A stretch of 64,000 nucleotides of DNA, from NCBI RefSeq assembly GCF_006345805.1, contig NC_042997.1:193378001-193442000 (forward strand). Reading direction: 5' to 3'. This document shows positions 34,322 to 47,939 of this stretch, piece after piece; within the stretch, counting starts at the first letter, position 1; each line of letters begins with the position of its first letter. This DNA is from Octopus sinensis (taxonomy: Eukaryota). The notes under the pieces are model-generated. The model was not told where the DNA came from. It saw only the letters and a list, made by a program, of their open reading frames with translations, and searched no databases. The translations under genes were made by a program, and so were the position numbers.

Positions 34322-35150
34322 TATGTGCTGAAGTGTAACGGCTAGAGTAAGAATAGCCTGGGCAAAGTTTAGAGAGCTCTTACCTCTGTTGGTGACTAAA
34401 GGCCTCTCGCTTAGAGTAAAAGGCAGACTGTATGATGCATGTGTATGAACAGCCATGCTACATGGTAGTGAAACATGGGCCGTGACTGCTGAGGACATGC
34501 GTAAGCTCACGAGAAATGAAGCCAGTATGCTCCGATGGATGTGTAATGTCAGTGTGCATGCTCGACAGAGTGTTAGTACCCTGAGAGAAATGTTGGACCT
34601 AAGGAGCATCAGTTGTGGTGTGCAAGAGAGACGATTGCGCTGATATGGTCATGTGGCGAGAATGGATGAAGATAGGTGTGTGAAAAAGTGCCAATCCCTA
34701 GCAGTTGAGGGAACCCGTGGAAGAGGTAGACCCAGGAAAACCTGGGACGAGGTTGTGAAGCACGACCTTCGAACTTTAGGCCTCACTGAGGAAATGACCA
34801 GCGACCGAGACCTTTGGAAATATGTTGTACGTGAGAAGACCAGGCAGGACAAGTGAGCCCAGCCCACTTATGAATGCCTTTCCTCCCTTGGACACAAAGA
34901 CCTGTTGAGGCAAGCGAAGTCGATATAGAACCTCATTCAACGACAGGCACCCATGCCAACCCCCTTTGCTTGCAAAGACATGTTAGGGCAAGCGAAAGCG
35001 AAATCGAACTGAACCAGCCAGGATCCCTAGTCTGGTGGTACGTAAAAAGCACTATCCGACTCGTGGCCGATGCCAGCGCCGCCTCCACTGGCTTCCGTGC
35101 CGGTGGCACGTAAAATACACCAATCCAACCGTATGACAGGCACACAATTC
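34322..35150 (+). mobile_element. RTE-clade LINE 3' portion (ORF end plus 3' UTR)
   Basis: AWAKFRELLP..KGRLYDACV*..MLHGSETWA..RRLR*YGHVARMDEDR..RGRGRPRKTW. The UTR contains the family C subrepeats. Confidence 0.9.
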
Positions 35151-35199
35151 TGCCAGCTTGTCACAGTATTATTAATAATAATAATAATGATAATAATAA

Positions 35200-35460
35200 T
35201 AATCCTTTCTTACTATAGGCACAAGGCCTGAAATTTGGGGTAAGGGAACTAGTCGATTACATCAGACCCAGCCCCTAACTGGTTCGTATTTTATTAATCC
35301 CAAAAGGATGAGAGGCAAAGTCGAACTTGTGGAATTTGGTGGAATAAGTACCAGTCGAACAACTCCAGTGTGTAACTGGTACTTATTGAATTGACCCCAA
35401 AAGGATGAAAGGCAAAGTCGACCTTGGTGGAATTTGAACTCAGAACGTAGTGGCAAACGA

Positions 35461-35502
<42 letters not shown>

Positions 35503-35708
35503 GTTTCAAATTTTAGCACAAGGCCAGCAGTTTCAGGGGAGCAGGTAAGTTGATTACATCGACCCCAGAATTCAAAAGGTACTTATTTTATTGACCCTGA
35601 AAGAATGGAAGTTGACGCCGGTAACATTTGAACTCAGAACGTAAAGACAACCAAAATGCTGCCAAGCATTTTGCCCAGCATGCTAACTGTTCTGCCAGCT
35701 CACCACCT
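35200..35708 (-). mobile_element. Cluster of SINE B variants with (ATT)n tails
   Basis: Repeated B core GAAAGGATGAAAGGCAAAGTCGACC with two different tail modules, each preceded on the + strand by (TAA)n. Confidence 0.75.
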
Positions 35709-35964
35709 ACATCATCATCATCATCATCATCATCATAATAATAATAATTAATAATAAACAATAACAACAACAACAACCATACTTTTCCTATTTTATATCC
35801 TTCATATGTCCCCTTTTATTTTCATCTCTCTCTCTCTCATTCACTGTCTCCTTTTAAATATCAACTTCAACATTACATTTCCCTACTTTTACATAAACAT
35901 ATATATATTATGTGTGTGTGTGTGAATATGTATATAATATATATATATTATAAATAGGAATAAA

Positions 35965-36214
35965 TAAATGTGCCCTTTTTAAAGCCTAGCCAGGCTCATG
36001 GACCCAGTTTCCTGGTTTCTATGGTGTATGTGTTCCCCAGCTGGACGAGACGCCAGTCCATCGCAGTGTTACTCATTTTTGCCAGCTGAGTGGACTGGAG
36101 CAACGTGAAATAAAGTGTTTTGTTCAAGAACATGTGTCGCCCGGTCCAGGAATTGAAATCACAATCTTACGATCATGATGCTGACACCATAACCACTACG
36201 CTACGTGCCTCCAC
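35965..36214 (-). mobile_element. tRNA-derived SINE family E
   Basis: Minus-strand head GTGGAGGCACGTAGCGTAGTGGTT..GATTTCAATTCC followed by a non-tRNA body. Confidence 0.7.
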
Positions 36215-36988
36215 ATATGTATATTATGTATGTGTATATATATATTCTTTTATTCTTGTAATTGTTTCAGTCATTTGACTGTTGCCATGCTGGAGCACTG
36301 CCTTTAGTCAAACAAATCGACTTCAGGACTTATTCTTTCTAAGACCAATACTTATTCTATTGGTCTCTTTAGCCAAATTGCTACTAAGTTACGGGGATGT
36401 AAACATACCGATATTGGTTGGCAAGCTATGTTGGTGTGACAAACAGAGACACATAAATATATATGAGGGGCTTCTTTCAGTTTCTGTCTACCAGATCCTC
36501 TCACAAGGATTTGGTTTGCCCAAGGTGCCATGCAGTGGGACTGAACCTAGAACCATGTGGTTGGGAAGCATGCTTCTTACCACACAGCCACTCTTGTGCC
36601 CTTGGCCCACTGTTTCTAATTCTTGTCACCTCCCACATTACCACTCCCCCCTCTACCTTGTCTCTCATAATATATATATATATATATATATATGTTATGT
36701 ATGTGTATATATATTGTATACTTTTATTTGTTTCAGTCATTTGACTGCAGCCATGCTGGAGCACTACATGTAGTGCTTATTCTTTGTAAGCCTAGTACTT
36801 ATTCTATCAGTCTCTTTTGCCAAATCGCTAAGTGACAGGGACGCACACATCAAAATCAGTTGTCAAGCGATGGTGGGGGGAACAAACATAAACGCACACA
36901 TATATACATATGTATCTATCTATTTATATTTATATATGTATATAGCTCCTACACGCATTTTTTTTCTCTCCTTGTTTTTTTCTGTGTA

Positions 36989-37026
36989 TCTTTCTGTCGA
37001 AGAGCATAGGCTCGAAACGTAAAAGA
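36989..37026 (+). ncRNA. Penelope-type minimal hammerhead ribozyme motif (variant core)
   Basis: TCTTT | CTGTCGA A | GAGC-ATAG-GCTC | GAAA C GTA | AAAGA; same repeat family as 25701. Confidence 0.6.
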
Positions 37027-37123
37027 CTTTTTGTATTTCTATTCCTGAGCGCTATACTAATACATTTGTTTGTTTGTACTCCACCTGCCTTCATCTTTTG
37101 TTTATTTTCGCAAACCTTCCCGT

Positions 37124-37157
<34 letters not shown>

Positions 37158-37340
37158 TATAGGGCTTCTTTCATTTTACTGTCTACCAAATCCTCTCACA
37201 AGTCTTTGTTTGGCCTGAGGCTAGGCTATAATAGAAAACACTTGCCCTAAATGTCACGCAGTGAAACTGAACCTGGAACTGTGTGGTTAGGAAGTAAGCT
37301 TCTTACCACATATATATATGTGTATATATATATATATATA

Positions 37341-37803
37341 TATAGTGGTTGTATACTGTCAACTCAACGTGACAGTCCTGTAAAGGGAATCACACCACTG
37401 CTATTTAGCCCTAGGAAGCATTGACACTTCCTGTCGGCTTTGACATATTTCCTGTGTCCTTATATTTGCAAAGGGGAGGCAAGCACCCCCGCCAGCTAGG
37501 ATTAGCACCTGAAGGCATGCGTGTTTCTGGGTTAGCAAGGTTAGTCCAAGTTAGCAAGTCCTGCTAGCTGAGATGGCTGCAACCGCTTTGCAAATATATA
37601 ATATTTTCAGTGAAATTTATTCACTGATCACCAAAATTAGAAATATTGAATTTCTAAATGTCTCAGAGATACATGAGCAGTGGTGGGGCGATATAGTGTT
37701 TGTATACTGTCAACTCAACGTGACAGTTCCATAAAGGGAATCACACCACCGCTATATAGCCCTAGGAAGCATCGACGCTTCCTGTCGGCTTTGACACATT
37801 TCT
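37341..37803. repeat. Repeat family G, about 1.3 tandem units
   Basis: The unit restarts at about 37691 with TATAGTG(T)TTGTATACTGTCAACTCAACGTGACAG. Confidence 0.7.
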
Positions 37804-37805
37804 TG

Positions 37806-37839
<34 letters not shown>

Positions 37840-39769
37840 ATCTCATCATCATCATCATCATCGTTTAACGTCCGCTTTCCATGCTAGCACGGGTTGGATG
37901 GTTCGACCGGAGTCTGGGAAGCCAGGAGGCTGCACCAGGCTCCAGTCTGATCTGGCAGTGTTTCTACAGCTGGATGTCCTTCCTAACACCAACCACTCCG
38001 TGAGTGTAGTGGATGCTTTTTACGTGCCACCAGCACAGGTGCCAGGGGAGTCTGGCACTGGCCACGATCGGTTGGTGCTTTTTACGTGCCACTGGCACAG
38101 AAGCCAGTCAAGGTGGGGTTGGCATCGGCCACGTTCAGATGGTGCTTTTTACGTGCCACCAGCACAGAAGCCAGTCAAGGCGGGGCTGGCATCGGCCATA
38201 AATGTGGTAAAAAATTAAACAATTCACAAAACAAAAAAAACCTCACTCCATACAGATTTATAGTGGCAGAGCTGATTCTGGGAATGGCCAATGAGCTGGT
38301 GTTGACAACAACAACAGAAGCACAATGGCAGAGACCAGATGGGTGTCTTTGAGACTGGAGCCTTAAACAGCTGAAAAAGTGGCAGGGACAACTACAGCAG
38401 TTGTTGCAGACTTGATAATATAGAAAAGATGAAGAACGATGAAAGAGGGAGGAAATGGATGAAGAGGAGGCATGTAAATGAAAACTGAGTCAACATTAAT
38501 GGAAAATAAGTTGAAAAACAGCATCAAAAGATCTACAATATTTAAATGTAATTAATAAAAATATATTAAAAATATAATCTTTTAAAATTCAAAAAGATGT
38601 TTAACTTTTATAATTTCAAAATACAATTTATGAAGCTGAAATATTGAAACAATAAATATATTTGGAATAAAAGAAATATATTTGTTTAAAATATATTAAA
38701 ACTATGATTTCTATTTTTGATGTTTAACTAAAAGTTAATTCTTGTCTAGCAATGCTATAGTCAAAAACGCTCTAGCCATGACCCTCCCATAAATTGTCAT
38801 GATTGAATATTATTTTAGGGGCATTTTAGGGACTTTGTTGTTGGTTTGTAATAGAGTTTATAATAATTGCAGACAATGTGAAGTAATTCTTAGAAGCCAT
38901 CCATCTGGTAAATAATATTGAAGATGGTGAGAAAACATATTTAATGGATCGCACATTATGTTTGAAATAAGTCTAATGAATGTTTAGCAATGTAAATGTG
39001 TTGATAAATTGTGTGTTAAATAAATAGAAGAAGAATAATATTTACCAGAGTCGGTTATTTGGCTTTGATTTCGGCTTGAAGTCTTTCTATCTCAGAAATA
39101 TACTGTGAGTCTGCTTCGCTCGAATAGCAATGAAGATATGGCAACAGTTAAGAGGATACTTATAATATATCAGGGAGTAGTAGTTATTGCCTCCTTATGT
39201 GTGTGTATACATCTTTATGTATGTATATATAGATGGATATACACATTCATACATAAATGTCTGTGTGTATATACATTTCTATGTGTGTGTAGGAGTGGCT
39301 GTGTAGTAAGTAGCTTGCTTATCAACCACATGGCTCTGGGTTCAGTCCCACTGTATGGCATCTTGTGCAAGTGACTTCTACTATAGCCTTGGGCCAACCA
39401 AAGCCTTGTAAATAGATTTGGTAGATGGAAAGTGATAGAAGCCCATCTAAGCTACGGGGAGCATATACACACACATACATATATATGTATGTGTGTGTAT
39501 ATCCCCCCCACCATAGCTTAGCAGTTTAGCAAAAGAGACTGATACAATAAGTACTAGGCTTACAAAGAATAAATCCTGGGGTCGATTTGCTTAATTAAAG
39601 GCGGTGCTCCAGCATAGCCACAGTCGAATGAGTGACAACTTAAAACGGTATCAAAACGTGTTAGAAATAATAAAGAAATTTTCCTGAAATAACATACAAC
39701 CTTCTCATAAACACACACACATTTATATATATATATAGATATGCTTATTTTTATATATGTATGTATGTA

Positions 39770-39801
<32 letters not shown>

Positions 39802-40032
39802 CACACATACACACACATTCACATGTTTATATATACACATGTATGTATATAAATGCATGTATGTGTAAAAATCCAGGTTTCATGACAGTAACATAACTAT
39901 GGTGTTACTGTTGTGAATCTGGCATTTTTTATGCTTGAAGAATTTTGGTATTGGTCTGGAATCCAACAGCCCAGAGCTCAGGTTCAGTTTCTCTGGAAAT
40001 AATATACCAAGAACAACTAATATGTATGTATG

Positions 40033-40086
<54 letters not shown>

Positions 40087-40194
40087 TAAAACGGTAAGAA
40101 AACAAAAGAAAGAAAGAGACCTCAATATTATGTAAATAGAGGAAATTTATCTATGCAATTATATGCTGCATTATATCGAGTAATGTAACATATA

Positions 40195-40278
<84 letters not shown>

Positions 40279-41588
40279 ATATATGTGTGTGTGTGTATAT
40301 ATACACATATATATATATGTATGTATGTGTGTGTATATATATATATATATATATAAAATAAGGATAAGATCGTTAATTTAAAATGAAATAACGATTTTAT
40401 CAAGTGGCCAGCATGAAAAAAATAACCTTCAAAGGTAATAATTATTAAAATTATAAATTAGAGTATCTACGAGATACCACCATGCTGAAAATAGCAGCCA
40501 TGATCTGACTCTAAAACCACCTTAATTGTCCATATCGCAAACACAGAGAGGAAGCAAAGAGACATATGAGGCTAGTAAAAAATTACAGGATAATTCTAGA
40601 TCCCGGATTTCTGACTTTGCATTTAGGAATGCTTTGCCGCGTCAGTAGAATACATACAGGTTATTATACATATACATAAAAATATATGTACCTATATATA
40701 TATATACCTATATATATATATGCATTCTTTTATTCCTTTACTTGTTTCAGTAATTTGAATATGGTCATGCTGGAGCACCACCTTTAGTTGAAGAAATCGA
40801 TCTCACCACTTATTCTTTGTTAGCTTAATAGTTTTTCTATTGGTCTTTTTTGCTGAACTGCTAAGTTATAGGGGTGTAAACACAGCAACATTGATTCTCA
40901 AGCGATGGTGAGGGGGGACAGTCACAGATGCACAATCATATATATATGTATATATATATATGTATATATATTTACATATATATATATATGTATATATATA
41001 CATATATATATATATTACAGGAAAGAAAAGGAAGAAAAAATGGATGTATGAGTAATTTATTTGTATCCTATAAAGATTTTGAAAATTTTTTTTTAAACCA
41101 TAACAATATAAATAATTATAAGTTGTAAAGCTGAAAAAATGTGATAGAACCTACATATATGTTTCGGACTATCCCCTAGAAATTAAAATGTTAAACTAAG
41201 TACTATAAGCTCTTAATATCCCTGAAGAAGTTCTACCCCATATAGCTAGACAATGATACCTTTCTTAGCATTTAACCAAATGCTTAGAATTCCTTTTCAA
41301 TGAGGGGATGGTACTGAAACATACATGTAGGTTAATGTGATCGAAACATATGTTGGACAATTATTATGATTAAACCAACTGTTAAATAAACCCAAAGTAT
41401 GAATGTTCAGATTCTTCATTCCCCTTATTATCAATATTGTACTTTACACTCAAAGTAGCCAGGAAAAAACTGTAACATTGGATGAAAGCGAAAGGAAATT
41501 TACCGTAAAATGCATCACCTGAAGGAACCAGCCTTGATATTTCTGTATTTTCCTGGATATTATATCTCACCTCTCTCTCTTTCTTTCT

Positions 41589-41639
<51 letters not shown>

Positions 41640-43243
41640 TACACACACACGTATAGTGAGAGGGAGACAATAATAGATAGCTGGCATTTCTTAAATAGAA
41701 CCCAAATTTTGGCAATTCACTCAAGAACATAGTAATTATCTCTTTAATTACTTCAAATTAGGTGTAATCCTTTGATTTCTGTGTTTAATTTCAGACTTCA
41801 TATATGGGATTAATATTTATGTCTGGAAAGGCATGATTACCCTCTCATTGCATTCATTATCTCAACTTGAATTTTTCTTACAAGTTTTGTAGTCTCTGCT
41901 CTACAGGTTACATAATCCACTGCATTCACATTTATTCATCAACAGACACATACATGCACTAGAACAGATTAAACACCTTCATAATTGCACTCATATATTT
42001 ATCAACACACATGCACATATATATATATATATTAGATAGATAGATATAGATAGATATATACATATACACACAAACATACACTTATATATACATGATGGAC
42101 TTCTTTCTGTTTCTGTCTACCAAATCCACTCACAAAGCTTTGGTTATAGTAGATGGCACTTGCTTATGGTGCCACACAGTGGGACTGAACCTGGAACCAT
42201 GTTGTTGGGACACAAGCCTCTTATCACAAAGACACTCCTGTTGTTATTTGGATTTGATTTTCACTTCCTCCCTCTTAAGATCTAACGATCCATTTTGAAA
42301 TAATTCCAGTTGTTTGCAACTGAGAAAGCATTCATTTACATTTACTCAACAACTCAAGTGTTTTGTTTACACATTGGCCCCCAAAATGCAAATATTCACA
42401 TCCCCACCACCACCACCACCACAAAAACCACTCTCATCGCCATCATCATCTTATTCATTAGTTTCCGTTGTCATTTATTAAAAATATTATTATTTATTTG
42501 TTAAATATTCTCTCCAACTAATTGTTTTGTTTTATTTCCTTTTCTTGTCCACGGAATAAAAAAGTGAAGCAGCAAAGATGTGTGTCTTTTCTATCAGAAT
42601 GATTATCATTTAATGTTTTACGTTTTGCAGTATAAACTTTGTGACCATGCTGGGTCACCACCAACAGCTTCAATTTGGTCTCCATGCCATCCGTCCTCTT
42701 CAAAAATCATGCGCACATTGCATCACAACACCAAGGCAGAACTTTCTCACCTCCAATGACCCTGCTCTCTTTAACATCGTGCCATGACACATAGGACAAG
42801 AGAAAAAAGAAAAAGAAACAATTATTGTATTGAAATGGTTCCTGGGTGAATATCTCCAACAAATTTCAGTTAAACCCTATACACCCAGATATAACAGTGC
42901 AAACTATAACTCTTTACTCGAATGGGTTATGGTACCCACAGAATTACTGTAATGTGAAATATCATTAAATGTTGTTTCCAAGTGGTTTTTATTAAGTTAA
43001 CTTATCTGTGTATCTAAGTATATAAGTACACATACATTAATACATATGTGCGCGCACACACACACACAAACACACACACACACACACACACACCACACAC
43101 ACACACACACAAACACAAACACACACACTACAATCAGCCTAGATTGTTGTGTATTGTTGGTCTTCAAATTTAACAGTCCTCAATGTTTATTGCACACACT
43201 TGCTTTGTGTATTGTTTTTGTTTTTCTGTACACAACCTCATTC

Positions 43244-43281
<38 letters not shown>

Positions 43282-44021
43282 AAATAATCACTCTGAAATC
43301 ATTTGAACCTTGTTCTTTTGATTTCGTTTCCACTCCCTCCCTCTCAACATCTAACAATCCGCTTTTGTGTCACAATGGCTAATCTGCCTTTAGACAAAAA
43401 TAAATATAATTGAAACCTCTTTGCAAACTGATAACCCATTCATTTACAGATTCAGGGTCATCTCAAGGGTTTTGTTTTTAAAACCCTTAGAAACTGTAGT
43501 TTTTCTAATGAATATGCATTGTTCAGTATAAATTTCCCTTTCTTCAGTATGAGTGCAAATACTTACACCAACACCAACACCACCACCACCACCACCACTA
43601 CCACCAATAACAACACTATTATCACCTTCGTCATCATCATCATCATCATCACAATCATTGTATTAATTATTTTGTATTTATTAAAAATAAATTTATTTAT
43701 TCTATTTTTATTTCCTTTGCCATTCACTGATTAAAAAGGTGAAGCAGCACCTTTGGGTTTTTACCTTTTTCCTATCAGAATGCAATCTTGGAGGTTTACC
43801 CGTGGAAAGAAAAGCCTACGGAAAAGACCACGGTAACCTCAGTCAATGAAGTCACATGTTACATTTTTTTACAAATAAGCAACTCTCTGTATTAATTTTT
43901 ACGGTTCATAGGATCATAGTCAAGGTGGCTTCGTCATTCATACGTGCCATAGATAGACAGATTGATATATATATGTATATATATCTATACAGACTGATGT
44001 TTTCTTATATATACATATAGA

Positions 44022-44405
44022 TGCAAGTGTGGCTGTGTGATAAGAAGCCTGCGTCCCAACTATATGGTCCCAGGTTCAGTCCCACTGAGTAGCACTTTGG
44101 GCAAGTGTCTTATACTGTAGCCGTAGTCCAACCAGATCCCTGTGAGTGGATATGGTAGAAGGAAACTGAAAGAAGCCTTTCGTATATATGTATATATTCG
44201 TGTGTCTGTGGTTGTCCCCACACCATCACTTGACAACCGATGTTGGGTTTTTTTACATCCCTGTAACTTTATGGTTCGGCAACAGTGACCGAGAGAATGA
44301 GTACGAGGCTTACATAAATAAAACCTGGGGTTGATATATCTGACTGAAGGTGGTGCTCCAACATGGCCACTGTCAAGTGACTGAAACAAGTAAAAGAGTA
44401 AAAGA
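44022..44405 (+). mobile_element. SINE family A, diverged full-length copy
   Basis: Head, core and GTAAAAGA tail are recognisable. Further partial copies at about 36240-36530, 37160-37310, 39288-39640, 40720-40930, 42090-42240 and 44661-44810. Confidence 0.75.
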
Positions 44406-44568
44406 ACATATATAAATATATATATATGTATTGTCCTCCAGTATAAAGGTCATGGCCATGCAGGGGCACCACAGTATCATCATATTCTCTGTCAGTCTAC
44501 TTATCTATCTTTCTATCTACCTTCCTATCTATCTATCTATCTATCTATCTACCTACCTACCTACCTAC

Positions 44569-44616
<48 letters not shown>

Positions 44617-44831
44617 GTAGCTACCTTTTTATTTATCTTTCTATCTATGTCTGTGAATATAGGCGTAGGAGTGGCTGTGTGGTAAGTAGCTTGCTTACCC
44701 AACCACATGGTTCTGGGTTCAGTTCCACTGCGTGGCACCTTGGGCAAGTGTCTTATACTACAGTCTTGGGCCAACCAAAGCATTGTGAGTGGATTTGGTA
44801 GACAGAAACTATATTATAGTAATTATAATTT

Positions 44832-45218
44832 TTTCTGTAATGAGATAAAAAAAAACCCAAGGCTGTGTAGATTTCGGAACATTTATAAATAGAAGGTCTT
44901 ACAGCTGTTTCTAGGATATTCATTATATCCCTTCAGTGTGAGAAGATGGTTAAGCTATAGTTAATTTAGATAAGATAGAAAGTGAGGTGAATGAATGAAA
45001 ATAGATACAATATCCCAGCATATCTCACATCTATTTTCATTCATCAACCACACTCTCTATTTCGTATCTTATCTAAATTAACTATTGCTTAACCATTTTC
45101 TCACACTGTCTCCGATGAAGGGATATAATAAATATCCTGGAAACAGCTGTAAGACCTTCTATTTATAAATGTTCTAAAATCTACACAGCCTTAATTTTTT
45201 ATCTCGTTACAGAAAAAT
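44832..45218. repeat. Palindromic (inverted) Penelope pLTR-like repeat containing a hammerhead motif
   Basis: The arm at about 44832-45005 is the reverse complement of about 45028-45218. The right arm has GTCT | CCGATGA A | G-GGATAT..ATATCC-TG | GAAA C AGCT GTA | AGAC (45108-45155). The left arm has part of the core deleted. Confidence 0.65.
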
Positions 45219-45615
45219 GTTTTTTATATACACACGCTGATATATGACCTAAGTTGGACCCCTTATACACATAATCACTGAATCTGGAACTTAAGTATGG
45301 TCTATCCATAGCACTTATTCAGCATTATCTGACACCTTTGGGTCTCACTGACACCATTACCTCTCATAACCCCCCTCTCTCTCTATATATATATAAATAT
45401 AAGGGGGAATTTTTTTAACCATTATGTGAAAACCCTTATGCTAGAAGAAGATACGCTATGGTCTCAACCACTAAGAATTGTTCTCCAGAAAATTCCCTCT
45501 TATATTTATGTATGAAATACTATTAACTGAATCTCAGTTTTTTTATATGCTAGACCACTGGTGTTAAAATTGATGTTATCAAATTAATATCCAATTTGTC
45601 ACCCTCATTTTGATT

Positions 45616-45656
<41 letters not shown>

Positions 45657-47135
45657 CCGGAGTAAACAAGGTGGAAAAAAGAGTACTCAAATACCAGTGG
45701 TAGAGTAATATGCTTTAACAGAGTAACAGGTTTTGTTGGATTTTCTGCTGCTTTAAATAAGGTATATATATATATATATGTAGTTAAGTCTATGTCTGGT
45801 TATACAGTAGCTTTAGAGTCTGACAAGCCATCCATGGGGCTAAGCCCTTTGTAGTTGCAAAACAATCGGTCATTCGGTAGTCGGAGGACACAGACTAAAC
45901 CGTATATAAATACATAACTGCCGTTTGCTTTTAGAGTGTTCTTCTTTTTTCGGATATCTGATAGATTGACAATATATGTATGTGTGTGCGTCTTTTTTTG
46001 TTTCACTGCTCGTTGTTTTTTTTTACACAATTGTAGTCTAGATGTTCAATAAAATGATACTGATAGAATAAATCCTAGGCACAAAAGTATTTACTGGGAT
46101 TGATGTCATTGACCAAACCCCTCAAGGCATTGCCCCAGTATGGCCGCAGTCCAGTGACTGGCACAAGTAAAAAAAATTAAACTAACGAAATTCATATTAA
46201 ATTTGTAAATTGACTTCTATTTCCTAGAATCATCACAATTTTGAATATAGACAGACAGGCAGATAGAAAGATAGATAGATAGATATGTTTCTTTGTTAGC
46301 CACACAGGGCTGCACACAGACGGGACAGATTACAAAGTAGAGCTGGGGGGGGGGGGCGAGAAAAAGTGTGGTAGGTTTGCGATCAAAAGGGATTGTGAAA
46401 GGAAAAGAAAGAAAAAAAAGAACGATCAATAGGGATCGTGTATCACAGAAATGTCATGATGTAAAGTGTAAAGGGGGAAGCAGATAAGGTTTATCCGTGG
46501 AAAGAAAAGCCTACGGAAAAGACCACGGTAACTTCGGTCAATAATGTTACATGTTACCACATTTGTTTGCAAATAGGTAACCCTCTGTTTTTAATTTTTT
46601 TGGGTTCATAGAATTATGCTCAAGGCGGTTTCGTCATTCATACGTGCCATCCTTGCTACATTCACCCATCTCTTTTGAAACATTCGCTAGACAAAACTTG
46701 CCTCTCTACTCTCACTTTCCTTTTCAAGTGATACTTGAAGAAGTTGATGAGAGATTGACCAGAGAGGAAAGTGTTTGTTCACTAGATACATTCTTTCGCC
46801 ATAGCCACGAGAATGATAAAAATAGCTCTTCCTTCCCGTTTGAAGGAAGGAGGCGTGACAATATTGACGATAGACTCGGCTGATAAACCGACTCGTCCCA
46901 CACGTGACAGCAGTCGTTCGACATAGATAGATATAGATAGATAGAAAGATAGATAGATAGTGGGTGGACTAAATGTAAGGAACATAAATAGCGCTATATA
47001 AGCAAGGGAGATAACTAGAAGCATATTGCGTTTCTAATAAGCTTGAGGACGTAAGCGGTAAATATTTCCCGCAAAATCTTACGTATTTGAATCACTACGG
47101 CAGAAGGTACTTCAGTTAACGGTGTTGCATCAAGC

Positions 47136-47693
47136 ATGTCTAAAAAGCGGCAAGGTTACCTTGAATGGGATGATTACTTCATGTCAGTGGCTTTCCTCTC
47201 TGCTCAACGTAGCAAAGACCCAAGAACTCAGGTAGGAGCTTGTATTGTTAACGAAGATAGACGTATTGTTGGCATCGGATATAACGGTATGCCTCGTGGT
47301 TGTAGTGACGATGATTTTCCTTGGTGCAATGAAGGTGTCACTGAGCTAGATAACAAAAATCTCTACGTATGTCATGCTGAGCTTAATGCAATTCTCAATA
47401 AGAATTCTGCAGACGTTCGCAATTGCACTATATATGTTGGTTTGTTTCCTTGCAATGAATGTACTAAAGTCATTATACAGTCTGGAATTAAAGAAGTCAT
47501 ATACTATTCGGATAAATATAAGGACCAAATTACCTCTAAAGCTTCTCGAATTATGTTGGATCGTGCTGAAATAAAATATCGCCAGTATCGACCTACAAAC
47601 GGACAAATTGTTATAGATTTTACTTCATTAGAAGAAAAGAAAGACCGGATTATAAGTTCAGTTTTGTCCCCCATTTCTGAACTTTCACTTTAG
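47136..47693 (+). CDS. DCTD: dCMP deaminase copy 1 (A type, HAE intact; upstream ATG mutated to ACG at 47097)
   Basis: [49 protein letters not shown]: dCMP deaminase signature with Zn ligands and catalytic Glu; no introns. Confidence 0.9.
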   Translation: MSKKRQGYLEWDDYFMSVAFLSAQRSKDPRTQVGACIVNEDRRIVGIGYNGMPRGCSDDDFPWCNEGVTELDNKNLYVCHAELNAILNKNSADVRNCTIYVGLFPCNECTKVIIQSGIKEVIYYSDKYKDQITSKASRIMLDRAEIKYRQYRPTNGQIVIDFTSLEEKKDRIISSVLSPISELSL

Positions 47694-47939
47694 TCAGATG
47701 CGAACATAAACACTTGGAATTCATTATATTGCCAACATTGCCTTTTCATAATGATATCCTGTTATATTTTCTAGTTAAAATTAATGGAACTGGTGAAGAT
47801 TTTCTAATTTTTATATGAAATATTAACTGCTGTATTTTTAACGAAAATTTTTATTCCATTTTGTTTTCGTTTGTGTGTACATAATATTTTAACTGCCTCT
47901 TTCTAAGAAAATGAAACTATCCACATTTGTTCCAATACG

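Noticed and set aside
42265-43750. Old diverged duplication (about 42265-42580 vs 43330-43750)
   Set aside because: Mostly low-complexity CAC/CAT/AT sequence; boundaries and significance cannot be established by eye.
46644-47024. Recurrent ORFs upstream of or antisense to DCTD copies
   Set aside because: They recur only because the DNA is duplicated; frames and lengths differ between copies and no domain is recognisable.
47136-47693. APOBEC/AID- or ADAR-like editing enzyme
   Set aside because: Motifs (RSKDP.TQVGAC, GYNG.P, HAE.NA, PC..C) are those of dCMP deaminase. Polynucleotide editing is not supported by sequence alone.
47693-47900. Poly(A) remnant or TSD proving DCTD retroposition
   Set aside because: None was found downstream of any copy; retro-origin rests only on the absence of introns.
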